From NCBI GenBank assembly GCA_951406725.2, contig OX597815.1, positions 25,978,001 through 26,042,000 on the forward strand: a stretch of DNA of 64,000 nt, given 5' to 3'. Both the position numbers and the translations under genes were made by a program. Source of the DNA: Octopus vulgaris. Lineage: Eukaryota. Shown piece by piece: positions 41,130 through 53,745 of this stretch. The notes beneath the pieces were generated by a model that worked only from the letters and a program-made list of their open reading frames with translations, ran no database searches and had not been told where the DNA came from. Each line of letters begins with the position of its first letter. The stretch's first letter is position 1.

Positions 41130-41500
41130 AGTTTCCGCCGAGGCCGACTTTGCCTTTCGTCCTTTCGGGGTAAAATAAATACATATTGAATATTGGGGAC
41201 GTTGTAATCGACTTAGTCTCGCACCAAAATTCCTGGCCTTGTGCCAAAATGTGAAACCAATAATATTATGAGGAAAGATTAAGGCGGCAAGCTGGCAGAA
41301 TCGTTTCCGCGCCGGGCTAAATGCTTAGTGGTAGTTCGTCTGTCTTTACGTTCTGAGTTCAAATTCTGCCGAGGTCGACTTTACCTTTCGTCCTTTCGGG
41401 GTCAATAAAATACGTACCAGTTGAGCATGGGGGACAATATAGCTGACTTATCCCTTCCCCCGAAATTTCTGGCTTTGTGCCAAGATCTAAGACTAATATT
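41130..41500 (+). mobile_element. Two SINE family A copies (truncated 41130-41262, full 41280-41500)
   Basis: Core present twice; A/B boxes in the second copy. Confidence 0.88.
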
Positions 41501-41801
41501 AGGAAGAGTGATTTTCTTACGATTTTATTGTTTGCTACGAAGTTAAATATGGATGAATTATAACAGAAATATGTACATCATATTACAAAGTAACCCAAAT
41601 AAAGAAGGCAAAATATATTCTCTAAATTAAATGATGAAGTGAAATACATAAACACATTTGAGATAATGTCAACATACACGCTTCAATTTAGACAGAATAC
41701 AACAAACTATTGAAGCGCTAGTTTTTACAGGAAGAAAAAATAAATACATGAAAGTAATCAATGAATGCGTAATTGTGAATACATATATGTGAAACCTTTA
41801 T

Positions 41802-42021
41802 AACTCTTACTCTTTTACTCTTTTACTTGTTTCAGTCATTTGACTGCGGCCATGCTGGAGCACCGCCTTTAGTCGAGCAACTCGACCCCGGGACTTATTC
41901 TTTTTGTAAGCCCAGTACTTATTCAATCGGTCTCTTTTTGCCGAACCGCTAAATGACGGGGACGTAAACACACCAGCATCGGTTGTCAAGCAATGCTAGG
42001 GGAACAAACACAGACACACAA

Positions 42022-42054
<33 letters not shown>

Positions 42055-42210
42055 CATATATACGACAGGCTTCTTTCAGTTTCCGTCTACCAAATCCACT
42101 CACAAGGCATTGGTCGGCCCGGGGCTATAGCAGAAGACACCTGCCCAAGATGCCACGCAGTGGGACTGAATCCGGAACCATGTGGTTGGTAAGCAAGCTA
42201 CTTACCACAC
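41802..42210 (-). mobile_element. SINE family B, young copy
   Basis: Near-identical to 46297-46670; tail repeat (tactctttt)n. Confidence 0.93.
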
Positions 42211-42554
42211 GAATATATCTTGTAAAACCTCAGTTTTACGCAGCTTTTGTTATATTTCGGTAATTAAAAAAGAGAGTACTCAGCGTAAAGTAAGGGGAAA
42301 AAATTAAAACAGGCCAAAACATTTTAGTGTGAACTGGAAGCAGTTAAGAATGCATCTAAAAAAAAATCTAAAAGTACACAAACATACCGAAATAGATTGA
42401 CAGGTAAACTGATACCACAAAATTAAATCGCTCACTATTGTAATCTGTGACAAAACGGCTAAACTGACCAAGGCTCTTTCATACAGATTTCGGCCATAAT
42501 AGAAACCCTAACAAAGCAGTTTTAAATAAATTTTATCAGCATCATACTCTAATA

Positions 42555-42975
42555 CAGTGCACCACAACTGGTATGCCACAGCACACACTGGTGTGCCACG
42601 AGATGATGGTAGGTATGCGGCGAGCTGGCAGAAACGTTAGCACGCCGGGCGAAATGCTTAGCGGTATTTCGTCTGCGTTACGTTCTGAGTTCAAATTCCG
42701 CCGAGGTCGACTTTGCCTTTCATCCTTTCGGGGTCGATAAATTAAGTACCAGTTACGCACTGGGGTCGATGTGATCGACTTAATACCTATGTCTGTCCTT
42801 GTTTGTCCCCTCTGTGTTTAGCCCCATGTGGGTAATAAAGAAATAGGTATGCTGCAGTGTAATCTGAATATAATTTTTTCCCCTATACTTTTAGTTATAT
42901 TTCCAGTTCAGGTGTACCGCCGAATTTTGAAAAGAATATAAGTGTACCGCAAGTGAAAAAAGTTGCGGAGCACTG
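42555..42975. mobile_element. hAT (Charlie-like) MITE interrupted by a SINE
   Basis: 15-bp TIR cagtgc[a/t]cc[a/g]caact; imperfect 8-bp TSD ctctaata/ctttaatt. Confidence 0.78.
42619..42843 (+). mobile_element. SINE family A with 9-bp TSD, nested in the MITE
   Basis: TSD taggtatgc at 42610-42618 and 42844-42852. Confidence 0.95.
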
Positions 42976-43010
42976 CTTTAATTATGCAAATGAAGATTCT
43001 TCTTTTCCCG

Positions 43011-43082
43011 AAATCCGCCGAAACTTCACCTGATTATATATACACTTTAGATGAGTTGTAGTGCACCTGAGCACTGTACACA

Positions 43083-43115
<33 letters not shown>
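43011..43115 (+). mobile_element. CR1-like LINE extreme 3' tail
   Basis: cacctgatt…agttgtagtgcacctgagcactg.acacaat(tat)n matches 53587-53745. Confidence 0.7.
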
Positions 43116-43262
43116 TACGTAACTACAAGTCCAAGTGTCTATTTACAAAATATGTATTGTTTGAAACTGCGGTATATATCGAAGAATCATATGTAAACTC
43201 TGCATGGTGTCGTTATGTTAAGAAACATTTCCATTTCACTAATGCTTAATGGGACCATATGT

Positions 43263-43347
<85 letters not shown>

Positions 43348-43445
43348 TATATATACATATATAAATAAAAAAATATATATATGCAGAGAGAGAGAGAGAG
43401 AGAGAGAGCAACTGTGTATATATATATATATATATATCATTGCAA

Positions 43446-43621
<176 letters not shown>

Positions 43622-43852
43622 GAGAGAGAGAGAGAGTGAGTTGACTGTATATATTCGGATGGTTATCCTATTAAATAGTTACAGAAGTTGGTTTCACGCA
43701 GGTCTCCTCGCAGATGACAGATGTGCTGTTTGTTCCTCCGGGGAACTAACAGCACTTCAGTCATCTCCAAGGATTCCCTTATAAAACAATCTAGCTCTAG
43801 AAGCAAACACTTATTTAGATTCAAATATACAAGCACATACACGTATATACAC

Positions 43853-43929
<77 letters not shown>

Positions 43930-43939
43930 CCTACCTATG

Positions 43940-44299
43940 GTCTTTTTCGTAGGCTTTTCTTCCCACGGATAAACCTTACTTGCTTTCCCCTTTACACCAT
44001 ATATCATAACACTGTGATACACGATCCCTATTGATCGTTCTTTTTTTCCTCTTCCCCTTTTTTTCCCCCTTTTTTCTTCTTTTTTCATTTCTCTTTTCTC
44101 TTGTTCCTTTTCCTTTTCCTTTTTTTTTTATTCCTTTTATTTTTTATTTTATTTATTTTTTTTTGTTCTTTTCTTCCCTTTTACGATCCCTCTTGATCGA
44201 AAACCTACGCCACCCCCTTTTTTTTCATCCCCCAAAAGAAAAGCTCTACCTTGTAACTTGTCCCATCTGTGTGCAGCCCTGTGTGGCCAATAAAGAAAC
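43940..44299 (+). mobile_element. LINE 3' UTR (probably Tx1/L1-like), copy 1
   Basis: T-rich tract ending cttgtcccatctgtgtgcagccctgtgtggccaataaagaaac; second copy at 47845-48081. Confidence 0.65.
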
Positions 44300-44310
44300 T
44301 TATCTAGCTT

Positions 44311-44395
<85 letters not shown>

Positions 44396-44790
44396 GTGTG
44401 CAGACGCGTGTGTGTTAGTATTAATGAACGCGAGTAAAACTACACAATACAAGTGAGATCGTATAAATAAAATAATTCAATTAGAAGCCGTTAGGTTCGA
44501 ATTGGTATTTTTCCGTGTAACCATAACTCCTTTCCGTATAGTCTGTATAGTCAGCAACGATGGAATAAAAAAACAAACAAGACGTTGGAAACACCAAAAG
44601 AATTAAAATATGGTGGACAGAGATAGAAATTTCAGCGTTTGATTTGATATCATGACGCCTTGAGAATTGGTCTGCCAAAAGATTACAAAGGAAATTGCCG
44701 AGAAGGGAAAGTGACTCTCAAGAATGGGGAGATCGGAGATCTAAAGGTAATAATTAGAATAGCTACACTCACATACATTGGCACAAATAC

Positions 44791-44831
<41 letters not shown>

Positions 44832-44839
<8 letters not shown>

Positions 44840-45048
44840 TAAATTAGAGACAAAACCACTATTAGGCAAATCAAACAATGAAAAACTTAAGCCAATACAT
44901 AAGATTATTTAATTTATATTATTTAAATATATAACAAAATTATTAAAAAAATATAATTAATATCACACTACGATCGTTTCATGCCTGCTAACTTCTTCAA
45001 ATTTTTGAGTCGCAGTCATTCATCAGGTGGTTTAAATATTTATCTTGG

Positions 45049-45052
<4 letters not shown>
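44832..45052 (-). mobile_element. Short Penelope-type terminal-repeat element P2
   Basis: Homologous to 14331-14563; lies between (TA)n and (GA)n; carries a canonical hammerhead. Confidence 0.75.
44966..45029 (-). ncRNA. Type I hammerhead ribozyme fold with canonical core
   Basis: Minus strand CAC-CUGAUGA-AUGACUGC…GCAGGCAU-GAAAC-GAUC-GUA-GUG: stem I CAC/GUG, long stem II, palindromic stem III ACGAUCGU, GUA cleavage triplet. Confidence 0.8.
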
Positions 45053-45097
<45 letters not shown>

Positions 45098-45149
45098 ATA
45101 CATGCATACATACATATATATGTGTGTGTGTGTGAGTGTGTGTACGTCA

Positions 45150-46078
45150 GTATTCTGTTTATTTCAACAGATTTCAAAGATTTCTTGCCAATACAGAAAG
45201 AACCGGTTTCTAACCTAGATCCAAATTCGTTGGAATTTTAACATCAACAACAGGGTATCTTTGTATGTATGTACGTATGTATGAATACATGTATGTATGT
45301 ATGTATGTATGTATGTATGTATGTATGTATGTATGTATGTATGTGCAGATTTGTATGTTTTATTAATGTATTCTCATGCATATAGATACATATCTAGACA
45401 TACTCATATATATTTAAATGACAAACTTCTGGAAAGTTTTACAGATTTTTACAGTTCCATTGATGGATTATATCTGTAGTCTTCGAATTAGCTTTCTCCT
45501 TCTGGTTTTGAGAAGCCTCAACATTGGTATTTAGGCAGTGTGTTACATATCACAGGGTCCCAATAATTACAGTTATAAACCTGAGCTTGTAATCTGGATA
45601 GAGTAACTGTAGATTTCTCAATAGTTCAGCATAAACGTTCTCTTTTTCCCTGATCTTCAGCTTTATGTTAACATACGCTGGGGAACTAATTTCCACAATT
45701 GTGCACAGTTTCGCTTCTCTATCCCATATCATTATATCAGGTCTGTTGTGCTTAAATTTTATTGAGGTCTTCACTGGTACATTCCACCAGTATTCCTTTT
45801 CATTATGAGTGGCTATGGCTTCTACCATATTGTGGGATTTTATTTCTTTGTCCTCAGGATTATCCGTCCGACGGATTTCATTATAGAATGTCCTAGCTGC
45901 AACGTCATGTGTGATCGGTAGATAATAGCGTGATGACATTTTCGGACGACTGTTTATGATGTGGGTGATATCTTCAGTGTGAATTACACAAAGTCTGCAT
46001 CGGTTGTCACATTTTACTGTTTTTATCACATCTCTATCTCTTTTGTGCATCAGATACTTGGTTGATATTTCCTGTACG
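45150..46078 (-). mobile_element. REL-clade non-LTR retrotransposon 3' portion (zinc knuckle, restriction-like endonuclease, 3' UTR)
   Basis: QEISTKYL…CRLC…EDITHIINS, HDVAA, YWWNVPVKT…HNRPDIMIWD…IVEISSP…EKENVYAEL…VIIGTLG. Confidence 0.88.
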
Positions 46079-46150
46079 TTTAAATGTATTCATGCACTGA
46101 TATTACATTCGTACATTACAAACATATATACATAGGTATTTATACATGTG

Positions 46151-46670
<520 letters not shown>

Positions 46671-46694
46671 CATATATATATATATATATATATT

Positions 46695-47815
46695 TACACA
46701 GAGGCCATCCGGATTCCCGTTTGCGCCGTGAACAGGAATTAATCTTCTCTCTTCGCTCTTATACGCCATTTGGTCTCAACTCTCCCCCCTCCTCATCTAA
46801 CCTCACCCCCCTCCTCACCTATCCTTTCTCCCCCGACCCCTACTTCTTCAGTCCTTCATCCTTTCACCCCTACTCCCCTTCCCTTCTTCCCTCTTTCTCC
46901 CTCCCTCTTCCCCTTCCCTCTGCTCCCTCACTCCCTCTCTCCCCTTCTCTCTTCCCCTCTCCCTCTTTCCTCCTTCATCCCCCTCATCCCCTTCCTTCTT
47001 CCCCATCCTCTCCTCTCCCCCCTTCTCCTCCCCTCTTCTTCCCCTTCCCTTCTCTCGCCCCTCTTCTCCCCTTCTCTCCCCCTCTTCTCCCCCTCCCCTC
47101 TTCTCCCCCTCCCTCTCTTCTCCTCACTACACCACATGACTTTACACATCACATCACATATGATGTGCCATACTAATACACACACCAACTAATACATACT
47201 AATACGTACTAATACATACTAGTACATACTAATACTTACACCAACCCTATACATACACACGTCCAGACCCCGCATACGCACTTATACTCTCACACACACA
47301 CACACACACACCTATACATACCAATACGTACTAATACATACTAATACATACTAATACATACACCAACCCCATACATACGCACGTCCAGACCAATCTTACG
47401 CACTAATACTCTCTCATACACACACACACACACACACACACCCTTATACATACTAATACATACACCAACCCTATACATACACACATCCAGACCCCTCCCA
47501 CGCACTTTTAGCTGGTCCCTCAACCCTTTTATCAACCCTATTATCTCCCCTTATTTCGCTCTCGCGTCTCATGTTTGATCTTTGACCTCTGGCCGAAATC
47601 AGATCGCCATGTTGATTCGTTAGCTACTGCACGCATTTTTTTTCTCTCCTTCTTTCTGTGTTTTTCTCTCTCTGTGTATCTTTCTGTTGAAGAGCGTAGG
47701 CTCGAAACGTTAAAGACTTGTTTTATTTATATTTCCTGAGCGCCATACTAATACAATTGTTCGTTTGTTTTCCACCTGCCTTCGTCTTTTGTTTATTTTC
47801 ATAAAGCTTCCCGTT
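46695..47815 (+). mobile_element. Penelope-like element 3' end: GIY-YIG C-terminus, CT-rich and CA-rich UTR, terminal repeat with hammerhead
   Basis: RGHPDSRLRREQELIFSLRSYTPFGLN matches the Penelope R..RE…I..L….P.GLN terminus; bounded by (TA)n on both sides. Confidence 0.82.
47679..47716 (+). ncRNA. Minimal hammerhead ribozyme variant (core CUGUUGA)
   Basis: UCUUU-CUGUUGA-A-GAGC-GUAG-GCUC-GAA-ACGU-U-AAAGA: 5-bp stem I, 4-bp stem II, palindromic ACGU. Confidence 0.68.
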
Positions 47816-47844
47816 ATATATATATATATATATATATAATTAGC

Positions 47845-48081
47845 TTGCTTACTATCTATCTATCTCCTTTTCCTTTTCTTTTTTTATTTTTTATTTTATT
47901 TTATTTATTATTTTTTTTGTTCTTTTCTTCCCTTGTTCTTTTCTTCCCTCTTGATCGAAAACCTACGCCCCCCCTTTTTTTTTGTTTCTTTTGTTTTTTG
48001 TTTTTTTCATCCCCCGAAAGAAAAGCTCTACCTTGTAACTTGTCCCATCTGTGTGCAGCCCTGTGTGGCCAATAAAGAAAC
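47845..48081 (+). mobile_element. LINE 3' UTR, copy 2
   Basis: Near-identical to 44110-44299. Confidence 0.7.
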
Positions 48082-48084
48082 TTA

Positions 48085-48137
<53 letters not shown>

Positions 48138-48142
48138 GCACA

Positions 48143-48677
48143 CAAAGAATAAAATGTTTTGAACGACAAAACAATGGACTATAATAACTGTTGTAATTTA
48201 ATCATCCACAATCTGATATGATATTTCGAAATAAAAATTCCTTCTTCAGATATCCCTAGGAATTGATGGACTCGCTGCTATAATGGGTTTTCCAACGGCT
48301 TTTCTATTTTTTTTTCCGGAAGCGTCTCAGCAGTGATCTCACGAAGCTCCTTCTGGAATTCTTCATGAGAAGTGCGTGAGGTCGGCCATGTCTCAGTCTC
48401 GTATGTGCTAGCACATCTGTAGCGTTGCTTCTAAGTTATGTGTTATACGTGTAGCTTCCTTTTTCCCCTTCTCCTTTTGTTTTCTCTTCTTTTTTTGTTA
48501 TAAACAATACATGAGCATGTTATCAAAAATGAGCCTACATGCATCCAGATGTAGTTAAATAATATATTGATTACCAACCTCCAGCCTGTTGTTAATTTGG
48601 GCCCCTAATCTGTGTATTATAGCCCATTGTTTGTATTGTAGCGCATTGTTCTGTCATTCAAAACATTTTATTCTTTG
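48143..48677. mobile_element. ~535-bp element bounded by 44-bp inverted repeats, with a hammerhead-like motif at 48211-48253 (-)
   Basis: caaagaataaaatgttttgaacgacaaaacaatggactataata versus tattgtagcgcattgttctgtcattcaaaacattttattctttg. Confidence 0.6.
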
Positions 48678-48818
48678 CAAACAATACACAATGCTTCAAG
48701 CGAACTACAATACTCTCCTATATATATATATATATATATATATAGGTTCCAGATTCGGTAATTTTGCAAAGAAAGGGTTCAACGTTGGTTCTATGTCAGC
48801 GTGTTTATATAAGAATTT

Positions 48819-48921
48819 TTTGCGTAATAAGATAAAAACACCAAGGCTGTGTAGATATTAGAGCATTTATAAATGCTCTAATATCTACACAGCCTTGGGT
48901 TTTTTTAAACTTATTACGCAA
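48819..48921. repeat. Palindrome with a perfect 58-bp spacerless core (48841-48898)
   Basis: ccaaggctgtgtagatattagagcattta|taaatgctctaatatctacacagccttgg, extended by ttgcgtaataag/cttattacgcaa. Confidence 0.97.
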
Positions 48922-48987
<66 letters not shown>

Positions 48988-48991
<4 letters not shown>

Positions 48992-49254
48992 CTATTTTCG
49001 CTCTTGCGTCTCACGTTTGATCTCTGACGTCTGGCCGGAATCAGATCGCCATGTTGATTCGCTAGCTTCTGCACGCATTTTTTTCTCTCCTTGTTTCTCT
49101 CCGTGTTTCTTTTCTGTGTATCTTTCTGTTGAAGAGCGTAGGCTCGAAACGTAAAAGACTTGTTTTATTTATATTTCTGAGCGCCATACTTATACATTTG
49201 TTTGTTTGTATTCCACCTGCCTTCGTCTTTTGTTTATTTTCATAAAACTTCCCG

Positions 49255-49255
<1 letters not shown>
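48988..49255 (+). mobile_element. Solo Penelope terminal repeat P1a with hammerhead variant (49121-49158)
   Basis: Close copy of 47550-47815; UCUUU-CUGUUGA-A-GAGC-GUAG-GCUC-GAA-ACGU-A-AAAGA; (TA)n on both sides. Confidence 0.82.
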
Positions 49256-49316
<61 letters not shown>

Positions 49317-49881
49317 TACATTAAATCAATACGTTATATAGCATGCTGACTACATGATAAAAATCATTAACGTGATTTTTATCCTTATATTCTATTATGA
49401 ATTAATGTGTGTGTGTTCCAGCATGGCCTTAGCCTTTGAGCTGAAGCATATAAAAGAAATAAACCTATATGCGCACATAGACAAGATTAAAACGATCTAT
49501 AAGGAGGATGTAAATCAATACACCAGGAAGGGACGTTCACCTCAGTAAGACGTAACTAAATACTGCAATTTTTAAATAAAATGCCACAAGACATCCTATT
49601 TCATCATTTCTTAATATTATCATTTAATATGTGATAAGTGGCACGCTGACACAACCAGTGCCAATTTGGAAGAAATGCCGTAGAGTATTTGTCGCTCTCA
49701 GGCCCGTCAAGGTCCACTTTGTCGCTAGTTCTTCAGAAATTGATAAAGTAAAGTATACCAGTCAAATACTTGGGTCTACGGTATTGACAAGGCTTTGCTC
49801 CTAAATTAGAAACCATAATTTCATATGTGATAGGGATTATTTTCTCTTCCTGTTCTGTCTCGTTCTATAATAGTTGCTCTG

Positions 49882-49964
<83 letters not shown>

Positions 49965-49983
49965 CATGTATGTGTGTATTATA

Positions 49984-50035
<52 letters not shown>

Positions 50036-50254
50036 GTGAGTATATAATATATGATACATATATCTAGAGATTGTTTTATACATAAATTATATACAAATAT
50101 ACATATATACATACACACACACATATATATATATATATATATGTACATATATACATATAAATACACACATACAAATATATACAAATACATATACATATAT
50201 ACATACATATATATGCATATATATATATATATATGTATGTATATATGTATATGC

Positions 50255-50286
<32 letters not shown>

Positions 50287-50312
50287 ATATATGTATATAT
50301 ATATATATATAT

Positions 50313-50350
<38 letters not shown>

Positions 50351-50791
50351 GAAGAAAGAAAGAAAGTGATACGTATGTACAAAAATTCAAAGTAGGTAGT
50401 TATGAATGCGAATGGGTCTGTAAGCATAAGTAAAGCTAGAAGAGAAATACTTTTACTTTACATTTCAAGAATACGGAATATGAATTTGTCTGAAGAAGCG
50501 AGAAAAGGAAGAAAAAAATATTCCAAAAAAAAAAAAGACACATATATAAATAAACGAAGATGAAAATCCGTCTACGCTTATAGGACAAACACACTGAAAT
50601 ATTATGGATGACAAGATCTGAATGTTCCGGGGAGACGAAATTTATTTCACGTTCGATTTAGGTTTGTTGCAATCGATTTGAATAACATTAAAATATTGAA
50701 TAAATTGTTTAGATTCTAAGTTGCAATGTGTTACATACATGTACACACACACACGCACCCACACACACACGCACCCACACACATACGTTCT

Positions 50792-50856
<65 letters not shown>

Positions 50857-51002
50857 GCCTACATGTGTGCGTGCGCGCATATGTGTGTGTATATATATAC
50901 ACGTAAACATATATGTGTATATATGTGTGTATGTGTACGAATGTATTTATATATATGCGTCCAGACATATGGTTATAAACATGTTTTCTATACATTTACA
51001 AA

Positions 51003-51054
<52 letters not shown>

Positions 51055-51124
51055 TACATATCTATATCTGTTTGTCTGTGTCTCTATCTATCTTTGTATA
51101 TATATATACATAAATACATATATG

Positions 51125-51179
<55 letters not shown>

Positions 51180-52122
51180 CAATGTATATATATATATATA
51201 TATATACATATATAGTTACGTACACATACATACACAAATATAAATATGTACATGTGTGTGTGTGCATATAAATATAATACACAGAAGCATAAATATAACA
51301 ACCATCCTGGTAAACAAACAAGCAAAAACTACATAAACATGTATACAAGGTCCTAACTTTAAACCTTTATTATATATATATCTGAATCACACACACACAC
51401 ACACACACACACAATGAACCAAACAAACACATACACACGTACACAAACACAGTATACAAACATTCGTAATAGCAACACATGCATCTATACACATCGATCT
51501 AGTCTCATCTTATACACACACATTCTTATAGACACACTTCAAAGTCATGTAGATTCAGAAATTAAAGTAGTATTAAGACGTGGAGAACAGTTGTTACTGT
51601 TGTTGTTATTGCTTTTGTTGTTGGTATTGATGTTGTTTTTTGTCTGTCTTTTTTTTGTTTTGTTTTTTACGTTAGTCCTGGTAGAGCAGCCTATGATCAA
51701 AGCTGTTCCAGACATGAGCATTCTGTCTTTTTAGGGGTTTCAACTAATATCTGATCACCTCTGTTTTTTTTGTTTTTTTCTTTAAAGACGGTGAGGGTCA
51801 TTTCAGAAATATATGGCTATTGTTGTTTTGTTGTATCATACTGGTCTAAGATCGACTACGTTCCAACTGTGACCCTCCGATATATTCTTTCCAGAAATCG
51901 TGAACTTTAGACAATATATTTAATTGTGGCTTCATAAGAATTTCCTCTCTCACATCAATGACAAAAACGAGTCTATCTTGAGAAAACATACATAAAAAAA
52001 ATATTGTCGCGCAGTTGAAGCTTCCATATTCCATAAATGATCTCAGATCAAATCACAAACTGAACAATTGTAACTTGAAAATGTATTCAAGCAGTATTCA
52101 AAATTAATATATGATACATGAA

Positions 52123-52430
52123 AGGTGTCGAACTGTCAGAGTCGTTAGCAATTTGGACAAAATGTTTAGTAGCATTTCGTCCGTCTTCGTGTTCTGAGTT
52201 CAGATTCTGCGGAGGTTGACTTTGCTCAACTAGTACTTAAAATAAGTACTAGTTGAGCACTGACGACGATGTAATCGACTTATCCCCTCCCCTGTGCCAA
52301 AATCTGGAACCAATTTTATGAAGTGAGATTATCTTACCATTTTATGGCTTGTTACTAGTTGAGTACTGGGATCGATATAATCGACTTACCTCTGCCCCGA
52401 AATTGCTGGATGTGTGCGAAATTTGACATC
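52123..52430 (+). mobile_element. Diverged SINE family A with duplicated 3' part; 17-bp TSD
   Basis: TSD aatatatgatacatgaa at 52106-52122; the right copy is split by a Helitron (52431-52432 + 52830-52844). Confidence 0.82.
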
Positions 52431-52432
52431 AA

Positions 52433-52829
52433 TCTCTATCTCTCTATATATAAAGTTGAAGTTGTCTGTGTATGGCAGGTTTGGTAGCCTTCAACTAACA
52501 CTATCTCCTCCGAGACCCTGCGGCGCAAGTTGACCAAAATTGAGAGTATGATAGAAGAAGGCTTGCTTTTCCTTCCGTAGAAGAAAAAATTCAAATCGGA
52601 CCATGTTAACACCAAAAATTATTTACATCAAAAAGGTGCTTTTTTTGCCATGAAAATCCTATTTTTTACGATCTTTTGACTGCTGTATCGCCATTTTTCG
52701 GTGTATTTCAACCAGAAAAATGTTCACTTAAAGAGAATAACAAGCTAATAATGTAAAACTTTAACTTTTCAAAAATTTCAATTCTAAAGGGTCGAAACAA
52801 GCCCGACCAACGCCGGGCGATACTGCTAG
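52433..52829 (+). mobile_element. Non-autonomous Helitron (family H2)
   Basis: A|TC start; 3' cccgaccaacgccgggcgatactgCTAG|T nearly identical to the H1 end, but with a different body. Confidence 0.9.
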
Positions 52830-53429
52830 TATATGATACATGAATATGTGCCCACAATACAAATCCTAGTAATGCTTTTACTCGGGACGTTCCAATATCT
52901 ATACAGCGTAGGCAGTCTATAACTGTCATAACAGAAAAGGATATGCCTCTTTTTAGTTGCAGTATTTGCAACTAGGATAATGGACGCAATTTTTAACAGC
53001 TTTAGTATTGGGTTATTAGAAAAATTCGTTCGATTTTTTATCTTCTAATCATCATATGTATGAAAAAAGGCTCACGACTTGTTCTTGTAACACTTCAACT
53101 AAGAGGAGGTAGCAGCTTCGTTGTAATTTTTCAACTCGAAGAACTTCTTCCCTGAAGTTTCCATCTCCTCTCGGACATGAAAGAACTGGTATCAGCGCGG
53201 GATCAAAGAACTAACAGAAGGACAGCTTCAGATGGTGCAATACGATGGCCTCTACACCGAATGCTAGGTTGCTTTTGATGTAACTTGACGAATAAAGAAA
53301 ATAACGTAACAAAATATTCGAAAACTTTTGCCTCAACGCAATATCACATTTTCATTCTCAGTGATAAACGAAAGAAACTTATACGAAAGAATATAGCAGA
53401 GCTTTTTCTCTAAAGAGTTAAAATAACTC

Positions 53430-53745
53430 TGAGCACCTTTTCAAACTCCACCTGTCATGACTTTCGGAAACATTTTTTCACGCTAGGAGTTGCTGAAGTA
53501 TGGAACAAACTGCCGGCATCAGTTGTTAGTTGTCGGAGCACTGCATCCTTCAAAACTTCCATGCTTCCTGAGATTCACCAACACTACACCTGATTTTCCC
53601 CCCTCCATACACATGCAAGCATGAATCTGACTCATACACTGTTCACTTTCCAGACATTTGTACATTACTGCATATGCTTTATACGCACTTTTGACAAGTT
53701 GTGGTGCACCTGAGCACTGAATACAATAATTTCATTATATATTAT
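53430..53745 (+). mobile_element. CR1-clade LINE 3' end
   Basis: FRKHFFTLGVAEVWNKLPASVVSCRSTASFK; 3' UTR and ATT-rich tail. Confidence 0.85.

Noticed and set aside
46770-47192. Pro/Ser/Leu-rich ORFs
   Set aside because: CT-rich low-complexity UTR of the Penelope fragment; only the first ~28 codons from 46700 are recognisable
48253-48440. LINE RT fragment (GFPTAFYFFFRK on +, YETETW on -)
   Set aside because: Conflicting weak motifs on opposite strands; too short to assign
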